From an uncultured Bacilli bacterium (GTDB lineage: Bacteria; Bacillota_I; Bacilli_A; ML615J-28; CAG-698): DNA of 24,000 nucleotides. A model generated the notes under the pieces. That model was not told where the DNA came from. It was given only the letters and a program-made list of their open reading frames with translations, and did not search any database. Both the position numbers and the translations under genes were made by a program. Below, piece after piece: positions 1-6,115 of this stretch (the stretch's first letter is position 1; each line of letters opens with the position of its first letter). Location: the NCBI GenBank assembly GCA_947627395.1, contig CANQVW010000001.1, forward strand, positions 16,807 through 40,806, written 5' to 3'.

Positions 1-1
1 A

Positions 2-403
2 GAAAATTCACATGCTTATTTTGTTGTGGATGACTTAAGCTTTTTAGTTAAAAATGGTCGTTTAAGTAAAACAGCGGGTAATATTGGTGGACTATTTAAA
101 ATAAAACCCGTTTTAGAAATGACAAAGGACGGCAAAATTGTAGCATGTAAAAAAATTAGAACTCATAAAAAAGCTGTTGAAAAATGTATACAACTGATTA
201 TTGATGAAACAGCCCAAAGCAAGAGAGTAAAAATTTTTGTTTTCCATACTTGTAGAGAAAAAGATGCTTATGATATTAAAGCTTATTTGGAAGAAAAAAT
301 TAAATCAGCTGAAGAAATTGAAGTGCATATGGTTACTCCAGCAGTTGGTGCTCATATCGGTTGTGGAATTTTAGGAATTGGATATTATATTTTAGAAAAA
401 TAA
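2..403 (+). CDS. DegV family (EDD-fold, fatty-acid binding) protein, C-terminal part; the 5' end lies outside the window
   Basis: The frame is open from base 2 with no upstream stop (ENSHAYFVVDDLSFLVKNGRLSK...). The tail HMVTPAVGAHIGCGILGIGY is typical of DegV proteins. The GTG at 26 in the ORF track is probably internal. Confidence 0.8.
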   Translation, partial: ENSHAYFVVDDLSFLVKNGRLSKTAGNIGGLFKIKPVLEMTKDGKIVACKKIRTHKKAVEKCIQLIIDETAQSKRVKIFVFHTCREKDAYDIKAYLEEKIKSAEEIEVHMVTPAVGAHIGCGILGIGYYILEK

Positions 404-471
404 ATTTGAAATGTGACTAGATACTGGGATAACAATTTAAACTAGTCAGATACGATGATTTAGGAGGAATT

Positions 472-765
472 ATGAGAAAAGAAAGAAATGTAATCAAAGC
501 AATGTTCATTGCTGCTGCTATTTTTGCGGCAGTGGGTCTAATCTGTTTTATTATCAAAGGTGTTGAATACATGATGAGAGATGTATCACCAAAATGGATC
601 AATACCGTAACGATTGTTGGTATTGTAGCGTTTGTTGTTGCGGTAGTTATATTAGTTGGAATCATCATTTTTGCGTCTATTGTTGATAAAGAGAATGTCA
701 ATCATCCGAAAAAGAGCGATGAAGAATTGCTAGCTCAGTACAAATCAAATAAAAATAGAAAATAA
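472..765 (+). CDS. Small hypothetical membrane protein (two predicted TM helices, charged C-terminal tail)
   Basis: RBS TAGGAGG at 461-467 precedes ATG 472. Two hydrophobic stretches are present ([19 protein letters not shown] and [25 protein letters not shown]). It ends 10 nt before fba, so it is probably co-transcribed with it. Confidence 0.6.
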   Translation: MRKERNVIKAMFIAAAIFAAVGLICFIIKGVEYMMRDVSPKWINTVTIVGIVAFVVAVVILVGIIIFASIVDKENVNHPKKSDEELLAQYKSNKNRK

Positions 766-775
766 GGAGGAGTTT

Positions 776-1636
776 TTGAAAATGTTAGTAAACATGGTTG
801 AAATGCTTAACAAAGCAAAAGAAGGAAAGTATGCTGTTGGTCAATTTAACATCAACAACTTAGAGTGGACAAAAACAATTTTATCCACAGCTGAAGAAAT
901 GAAATCACCAGTCATTTTAGGTGTTAGTGAAGGTGCTGCTAAATACATGGGTGGCTTTAAAACAGTTTGCGGAATGGTTAAAGGAATGCTTGAGGATTTA
1001 AATATTACTGTTCCAGTAGCAATTCATTTAGATCATGGATCTACTTTTGAAAATTGCAAGAAAGCTATTGATGCGGGTTTTACTTCTGTAATGATTGATG
1101 GCTCTCATCATCCAATTGATGAAAATATTAAAATGACAAAAGAAGTTGTTGATTATGCTCATGCAAGAGGCGTCAGCGTAGAAGCTGAAGTTGGTACTGT
1201 TGGTGGTCAAGAAGATGGTGTCATTGGTGGAATTAAATATGCTGATAAAAATGAATGCGTTAAATTAGTTCAAATGGCAGCAGTGGATTGCTTAGCTCCA
1301 GCTCTTGGTTCTGTTCATGGACCTTATAAAGGAGAGCCTAAATTAGGATTTGTTGAAATGGAAGACATTAAACAAGCAACAAATAAGCCACTTGTTTTAC
1401 ATGGTGGAACAGGTATTCCTGATGATATGATTAAAAAAGCTATTTCTTGTGGAACTTGTAAAATCAATGTAAATACAGAATGTCAAATTGCATTCCATAA
1501 AGAAATTCAAAAAGTTCTTGCTGAAAATCCTACCGTTTATGATCCACGTAAATTCATTGGACCTGCTTCAAAAGCGATTGCTGCAGCAGTAAAAGAAAAA
1601 ATGAATGTATTTGGATCTGTTGGTAAAGCTGAATAA
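776..1636 (+). CDS. fba: Fructose-bisphosphate aldolase, class II
   Basis: Full-length colinear resemblance to class II FBA: [57 protein letters not shown] lies at 766-770. The start could be TTG 776 or ATG 782. Confidence 0.95.
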   Translation: MKMLVNMVEMLNKAKEGKYAVGQFNINNLEWTKTILSTAEEMKSPVILGVSEGAAKYMGGFKTVCGMVKGMLEDLNITVPVAIHLDHGSTFENCKKAIDAGFTSVMIDGSHHPIDENIKMTKEVVDYAHARGVSVEAEVGTVGGQEDGVIGGIKYADKNECVKLVQMAAVDCLAPALGSVHGPYKGEPKLGFVEMEDIKQATNKPLVLHGGTGIPDDMIKKAISCGTCKINVNTECQIAFHKEIQKVLAENPTVYDPRKFIGPASKAIAAAVKEKMNVFGSVGKAE

Positions 1637-1649
1637 AATGAAGCAAATT

Positions 1650-1678
1650 GCAGTGATATAAACATCACTGCTTTTTTT
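1650..1678 (+). terminator. Rho-independent terminator after fba
   Basis: 8-bp perfect stem GCAGTGAT (1650-1657) / ATCACTGC (1664-1671), a 6-nt loop, then T7 (1672-1678). Confidence 0.8.
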
Positions 1679-1685
1679 ATCTCAT

Positions 1686-1714
1686 TTGACAACCAATTTA
1701 AAATATACTATAAT
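1686..1714 (+). promoter_or_regulatory. Sigma-A-type promoter for the first zinc-ribbon/TM operon
   Basis: Consensus TTGACA (1686-1691), 17-nt spacer, consensus TATAAT (1709-1714). It lies inside the ORF-track N-terminus, which argues for the ATG at 1749 as the true start. Confidence 0.7.
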
Positions 1715-1748
1715 GTATATAGATTTGAACCTAAAAAGGAGGAAAAAG

Positions 1749-2660
1749 ATGGATTTATATTGTATATGTCCTGTTTGTGGACAAGAAATCATAGCCAAAG
1801 AAGAAATCATTGCATGCCCAAATTGTAAACAATCCTTTGATATTCATAGTGCTAAGCAAAAAAATCACTTCAATAACCATATTGAAAAGAAAAAAAGAGA
1901 TTGTAGAAATTTCTTTTTGAATCAACAATTTCAAGATGTTATCTATTTTGCTGAAGATATCTTGAAAGAAGAGCCAAATAACATGCTTTATCGTTACTAT
2001 TTGTGTATTGCATCTTCAAAAAATAAGTCCTCTGTACAAAAAGATTTTCTTCGATTTCAAAATTATACAGGAACAGATGAAGAAATAAATGAAGTATTTT
2101 GGTACTTAATTGAACAAAAAGATCGTTTTCCATTAGAGTATTTAAAAGAGTTTCTTACCTTTTATCATGCAGATTCAAAATATCTAGATATTTTATCTAA
2201 AGATGAACCTGAAAAAGAAAAAAAAATCGAAAAAGAATTAAAAGAAACTTTATTTTCTATGATTCCTATTATCAATACGTCTACAAAATTATCTTCCAAT
2301 AAACAAGATGGAATATTTTTTATTGGAATAGCTGTTGTTTTAGGATTGATATTTTGGCTTATCGGCCATTTCTTTGTTCCAAAATATATTATTTATCCTT
2401 CTTTTATCTTTTTAATGATTTTTCCTTGTGTTTTTTTAGCTTGTGGGATCACAAGAATTGTTTTTAAGCGAAAAAATAAATTATATCAACTTCTCTTTTT
2501 CATTCTCCTTTTTTATATTGTGACATTTATTGTTACAATTCCTTATCACTCTTCAGGTTTTTTTTCATCATTGGGGAAGCATTTTATATCCATTTTTACA
2601 TCCCCTTATGATTTTGTGAAAAATTTAATTAAACATATAGAGGAGATTCCAATCGAATGA
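1749..2660 (+). CDS. Hypothetical protein: N-terminal zinc ribbon, helical cytoplasmic region, three C-terminal TM helices
   Basis: RBS AAAGGAGG at 1735-1742 precedes ATG 1749. The N-terminus has CPVC-x13-CPNC (nt about 1767-1829). TM stretches are GIFFIGIAVVLGLIFWLIGHFFV, FIFLMIFPCVFLACGI and LLFFILLFYIVTFIVTI. I recognise no enzymatic motif. Confidence 0.75.
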   Translation: MDLYCICPVCGQEIIAKEEIIACPNCKQSFDIHSAKQKNHFNNHIEKKKRDCRNFFLNQQFQDVIYFAEDILKEEPNNMLYRYYLCIASSKNKSSVQKDFLRFQNYTGTDEEINEVFWYLIEQKDRFPLEYLKEFLTFYHADSKYLDILSKDEPEKEKKIEKELKETLFSMIPIINTSTKLSSNKQDGIFFIGIAVVLGLIFWLIGHFFVPKYIIYPSFIFLMIFPCVFLACGITRIVFKRKNKLYQLLFFILLFYIVTFIVTIPYHSSGFFSSLGKHFISIFTSPYDFVKNLIKHIEEIPIE

Positions 2661-3256
2661 GTATTAGATATATCAATGAATATAGAGCATTATTATCCAA
2701 AATAAATATAGAAAAAGAGAAGTATAGTCAAAAATTATTGAATAAAAATTTGGAAAATGAAAAAGAAATTCGTTTGTTAGAAGAAGAAAAGCAGCGTCTA
2801 AACGTTCGTTTTGTTATTTATTGTGGTGCGTTTTTTGTTTTGTTTGGTGCCTTTTATCAATTACTAGGGTACTTTGATGTGCAAAAATATGCTTGGATAG
2901 GATTTGTAGTTGGTGTATGCGGTGCATTATACTTTATTATTAAACTGATTTTAGACACAAAAAAAATTAAAAAACTTGAAGAATCTGATCAAAATCAACT
3001 TCAAGCTGAAGACAATATACGCCAAGAAATTCAAAAATTAAATGTGGAAAAGATGAAATTAATTCTTTTTATTATTTGTTTGAATGAACATTTCTATGAA
3101 TTATCCTCCATTCAAGACACAGAAGAAAGAAAAGCATGTTGGCTTAAGAAAAATTATCTATGGATTGAAGCAATACAAAGAAAGTATGGATATCACGCAA
3201 CCATTGAAGAATATGAAGAATATTTTGAAGAATGGAAAAGTAAAAAAGATTCATAA
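2657..3256 (+). CDS. Hypothetical coiled-coil / TM-hairpin / coiled-coil protein
   Basis: ATGA start/stop overlap with the upstream gene, with AGGAG at 2641-2645. Heptad-like charged N- and C-terminal segments (EKEKYSQKLLNKNLENEKEIRLLEEEKQRL and ESDQNQLQAEDNIRQEIQKLNVEK) flank two hydrophobic helices. Confidence 0.65.
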   Translation: MSIRYINEYRALLSKINIEKEKYSQKLLNKNLENEKEIRLLEEEKQRLNVRFVIYCGAFFVLFGAFYQLLGYFDVQKYAWIGFVVGVCGALYFIIKLILDTKKIKKLEESDQNQLQAEDNIRQEIQKLNVEKMKLILFIICLNEHFYELSSIQDTEERKACWLKKNYLWIEAIQRKYGYHATIEEYEEYFEEWKSKKDS

Positions 3257-3292
3257 TGATTACATAAAATCATAAAATAAAGCATATTCTTT

Positions 3293-3598
3293 ATGGGTGA
3301 ATATCATAAAATGTTACTTATTTGGTTAATTTCAATGTTACTCTCTTTTATTTTGTATTGGATATTTGGGGATATTGTCCTTTTCATTACAATTTTAGGA
3401 GTTGCCATCACAGTTTATATCTTAAAAGGAATTAAAAAGCAAAGCTTCATTTATTTAGAAGTGATTTTACTTGTAATTTATGGCCTTTTATCATTATTAT
3501 GTTTAATTTTTCCCTCTGCAATTACCCTAAAAGTTCTTGTCATTATCTTAGGGGTTTGGTTTATGATTTATATTTATGCTTACAAACGACTTTCATAG
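3293..3598 (+). CDS. Small hypothetical polytopic membrane protein (about three TM helices)
   Basis: Almost entirely hydrophobic. There is no clear RBS at ATG 3293, and an alternative ATG at 3311 has GGGTGA upstream, so the start is uncertain. Confidence 0.5.
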   Translation: MGEYHKMLLIWLISMLLSFILYWIFGDIVLFITILGVAITVYILKGIKKQSFIYLEVILLVIYGLLSLLCLIFPSAITLKVLVIILGVWFMIYIYAYKRLS

Positions 3599-3639
3599 GA
3601 ATATTAAAAGTAAGTAATAGCAAAAATAGGTAGGTTAAT

Positions 3640-4752
3640 ATGAAGAGATATTGTTTGAATTGTTCTACATCATTTCGTACTCATCAAGCATGTTGTCCAA
3701 ACTGTAATAAAAATGATTATTTTGAAGAGCATTTTTTCTATATTATTTTTCATGAAAAAAAGTATTTAAAAAAAGAATGGTATGAAATGACTACTTCTTT
3801 TAGAAAATTTAATGAAAAAGAAATAGAGTTAAAAAATCAGGGGCTTTCCCTTACCTTGACTCAAATTGAGCACATCATTTTTTGGAACGTAAAAAAGCAC
3901 ACGTTTTTGGGCAAAAATTTGGTAGCTGCTTTATTTTTGTTAATTTCATTAATAAGTTTTAGTCTCGGCGTATTTTTTCAATACAACGCAAATTTCGGGC
4001 TCGACCTAAAAAATCCACAACTTTTCATTTACTCTCTTTTTATAGGAATTTTATTTCTCATTTTGAGTTTTATTTTGTTCTATTTTTCATTTGTGAAAAA
4101 AGAGAAATTAATTTATACAAAAATAAGAGGTCAATTTGGATATAAAAGAATATCTAAAAAAGAGTATTTTAGAATGATAGAAATCTTTCAAAAAAAGATT
4201 CAAGAGAACTATGATTTATACCCCAACATCTATACAAAAAGATTACTTCTTAGACGGTTTGATTTAGATGATGTAAAGGACGTTTATTTATTTGGTAAAA
4301 ACCCGCATGTAACTCAGTATTTAATGTGGGAAAACTTTCAAAATGAAGAAGATGCTAGGCAAATGATTCAAAATGCTATAAAACAATATGAAGAAGGAAA
4401 AGAATATAAGCTAGCTATTGAAGAAAAGACCACAAAAAAGGTCATTGGATACATTGGTTTATCTAGATATGATTACTCATTATACACATGTCAAGTGGTT
4501 TATGCATTGAATGAATCTTATTGGAATCAAGGGTATATGACAGAGGCTTTGCAAGAATTTGTTTCTTATTTAGTAAAAACAGGAAAAAAGACAATTTATG
4601 CAGGACATGTGAAAGAAAATGCTCCTTCAGGAAAAGTTTTATTAAAATGTGGATTTATTCGTGATCAGAATCGTGATACAAGTTTAGTTATTCATGGAGA
4701 AGTGAAAGAAATATATCAATATATCTATCAGATTCAAAAAGAAAAAGTGTAG
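3640..4752 (+). CDS. Zinc ribbon - TM hairpin - GNAT (RimJ/RimL-like, Acetyltransf_3-type) N-acetyltransferase fusion
   Basis: The N-terminus has CLNC-x9-CCPNC (nt 3652-3705). Two TM helices fall at about aa 93-113 and 127-152. The C-terminal 170 aa (nt about 4228-4720) look like a RimJ/L-type GNAT: RLLLRRFDLDDVKDVYLFGKNPHVTQYLMWE, VIGYIGL, WNQGYMTEALQEFVSYL, NAPSGKVLLKCGF. Confidence 0.85.
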   Translation: MKRYCLNCSTSFRTHQACCPNCNKNDYFEEHFFYIIFHEKKYLKKEWYEMTTSFRKFNEKEIELKNQGLSLTLTQIEHIIFWNVKKHTFLGKNLVAALFLLISLISFSLGVFFQYNANFGLDLKNPQLFIYSLFIGILFLILSFILFYFSFVKKEKLIYTKIRGQFGYKRISKKEYFRMIEIFQKKIQENYDLYPNIYTKRLLLRRFDLDDVKDVYLFGKNPHVTQYLMWENFQNEEDARQMIQNAIKQYEEGKEYKLAIEEKTTKKVIGYIGLSRYDYSLYTCQVVYALNESYWNQGYMTEALQEFVSYLVKTGKKTIYAGHVKENAPSGKVLLKCGFIRDQNRDTSLVIHGEVKEIYQYIYQIQKEKV

Positions 4753-4778
4753 TTTTTTTCTACTCTTTTTCTTTTTTT
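4741..4778 (+). terminator. Rho-independent terminator closing the first zinc-ribbon/TM operon
   Basis: GAAAAAGTGTAG (4741-4752) pairs with CTACTCTTTTTC (4760-4771) over 12 positions with one T-T mismatch. The loop is T7 and a T7 tail follows (4772-4778). The 5' arm includes the stop codon. Confidence 0.65.
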
Positions 4779-4781
4779 AAA

Positions 4782-4810
4782 TTGAAAATTCCCATAAAAA
4801 CAGGTATAAT
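4782..4810 (+). promoter_or_regulatory. Sigma-A-type promoter for the second zinc-ribbon/TM operon
   Basis: TTGAAA (4782-4787), 17-nt spacer, TATAAT (4805-4810). The ORF-track ATG at 4811 abuts the -10 element, so the start is more likely ATG 4829. Confidence 0.7.
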
Positions 4811-4828
4811 ATGGATGGAAGTGAAAAT

Positions 4829-5617
4829 ATGAAACAAAAAAAGATTTATATATGTTCGTCTTGTGGATTTGAAACCAAAGAAAAAAATAAGACATGTCCA
4901 ATTTGCGGAAAAGAAATGAAATATGAAGAAAAAGATTTTACTGAATGTAATCCTACTCTTCCTAAATCTTTTTCAAACTCGGAAGAAAAAGATGTAAAAC
5001 TAAGTTATTATTGTCCTACTTGTCGAAAAGAAAGTCATCAAAGTATATGTATTTGTTGTAATACTGTTTGTTATTTATCTATCGAGTACCATAAGAAAAA
5101 AGCAATTGTTCCTAAAATAGATCATTTAAGCGATGTATATAATGAAGATGAACTTAAAGATATGGGTTATTTTTTAACACAAGAAGAAAAGAATTGGATA
5201 TATCATTATTATCGAGGTGCACACAGATTCTTTTATAAAAGAGATAAAGTAAAATTTGGAGTTTTCCTTTTTACAGCTTTATTAATGTATTTTACCTGTT
5301 TAGAAATTTTCTTTTATATGCAGGAAAAGGAATATTTATTTGTTGGTTATTTTGTGAATGGATTAGGAAATGGATTGTTTTTATTATTTTTAATATTGGG
5401 AATATGGTATTTGTTTGATGCAAGTATTGTTGAATTCAAAAAGATCCCCACGCAAGTTGCCTTGTTTGTGATGGTTCCAATGGTGATGCAAATCTTTTTA
5501 TGTATTTTTTTGAATGTTACAAGTCGATTTATGTTTATATCGGGATATATTTTTATGCTATTAACAGCATTTATTTATTTCATCTATGTATGTTGGTGGA
5601 AAAAACATGAAAAATAA
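4829..5617 (+). CDS. Hypothetical protein: two N-terminal zinc ribbons and four C-terminal TM helices
   Basis: CSSC-x10-CPIC (nt 4853-4906) and CPTC-x8-CICC-x3-C (nt 5012-5071), followed by four hydrophobic helices (FGVFLFTALLMYFTCLEIFFY ... FMFISGYIFMLLTAFIYFIYVCWW). Confidence 0.75.
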   Translation: MKQKKIYICSSCGFETKEKNKTCPICGKEMKYEEKDFTECNPTLPKSFSNSEEKDVKLSYYCPTCRKESHQSICICCNTVCYLSIEYHKKKAIVPKIDHLSDVYNEDELKDMGYFLTQEEKNWIYHYYRGAHRFFYKRDKVKFGVFLFTALLMYFTCLEIFFYMQEKEYLFVGYFVNGLGNGLFLLFLILGIWYLFDASIVEFKKIPTQVALFVMVPMVMQIFLCIFLNVTSRFMFISGYIFMLLTAFIYFIYVCWWKKHEK

Positions 5618-6041
5618 ATTAGTTTCTTTTATACTCGTGATTTATGTGATTTTAATTCTTGGATTAAGTATAGCGACTGCGTTTCGATTAAATTTAGTTC
5701 ATGGTTTTACCATTATAATGCAATCTATTTTTAAAAATGTTGATGTGAATCATCTTCATCGCTGGATTCATTTTTTATGTTTAATCTTGGTTTATATAGG
5801 ATTATCACTTCTTTTACTTTTATTTATTTTAAATTATACAGAACAAAAGCGAATACTGATATTTTATACTTTATTATCTTCATTGGCTATTGCAGCTACT
5901 TCTGAAGGAATCATCTCATTTCAAGTTCGGATTTCATGGATAGATTATATTGTTATAGTTTCATCCATTCTTTTCGGAATCTTTACTGGATTTTTTGGAA
6001 TGTCTATTTTAGTACATCATAAAACAAAATTAAAGAAATAA
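5607..6041 (+). CDS. Small hypothetical polytopic membrane protein (about four TM helices)
   Basis: ATG 5607 has GGTGGA 7 nt upstream and overlaps the end of the preceding gene by 11 nt. The ORF-track start at 5586 has no RBS. The sequence is hydrophobic throughout. Confidence 0.55.
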   Translation: MKNKLVSFILVIYVILILGLSIATAFRLNLVHGFTIIMQSIFKNVDVNHLHRWIHFLCLILVYIGLSLLLLLFILNYTEQKRILIFYTLLSSLAIAATSEGIISFQVRISWIDYIVIVSSILFGIFTGFFGMSILVHHKTKLKK

Positions 6042-6051
6042 AAAAAATAAA

Positions 6052-6080
6052 TTGTAAGTTTAAGAAAAGCATGGTATAAT
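6052..6080 (+). promoter_or_regulatory. Sigma-A-type promoter (extended -10) upstream of the lipoprotein gene
   Basis: TTGTAA (6052-6057), 17-nt spacer, TGgTATAAT (6072-6080). Confidence 0.55.
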
Positions 6081-6115
6081 TAATTCATTAAAGAGAAGGG
6101 AAAAAGGAGGAAAAA

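Noticed and set aside
414-453. Inverted repeat TGACTAG (414-420) / CTAGTCA (442-448), plus a repeated AGATAC, between degV and the small membrane gene. Considered as a terminator or operator, for example a cre site.
   Set aside because: The stem is only 7 bp with a 21-nt loop and no T-run, so it is not a convincing terminator. It does not match the CcpA cre consensus. Too weak to call.
417-701. Minus-strand and alternative-frame ORFs from the track. Minus strand: 417-701, 1028-1210, 1939-2133, 6427-6612, 8944-9249, 11677-12078, 12349-12579, 16223-16483, 16955-17194, 17663-17914, 19933-20127, 21863-22102, 23213-23410. Plus strand, alternative frame: 3084-3275.
   Set aside because: Each lies inside, or largely overlaps, a gene in another frame or on the other strand that has strong family motifs or an RBS. 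Their translations are low-complexity or antisense-like (rich in I, F, L, K, N), and none has an RBS or a recognisable motif. 16955-17194 also runs across the ant(6) promoter, RBS and start.
882-890. Perfect DnaA-box 9-mer TTATCCACA, raising the possibility of an oriC element given the mnmG/parA context.
   Set aside because: It is a single copy inside the fba coding sequence. I saw no cluster of boxes or AT-rich unwinding element in any intergenic region of the window.
1686-1748. Longer ORF-track N-termini: TTG 1686, ATG 4811, GTG 20650, 13017, 5586, GTG 8906 and 23112.
   Set aside because: These starts lie in or before promoter hexamers (1686, 4811), inside a terminator hairpin (20650), or lack a Shine-Dalgarno sequence while an in-frame downstream ATG has one (13056, 5607, 8915, 23082).
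2218-2226. A9 homopolymer inside the 1749-2660 gene (plus several A7/T7 runs elsewhere), considered as slipped-strand phase-variation tracts.
   Set aside because: It encodes a Lys/Glu-rich linker (EKEKKIEKE). Runs of this length are expected in about 70% AT coding DNA. There is no evidence of a frameshifted variant in the window.
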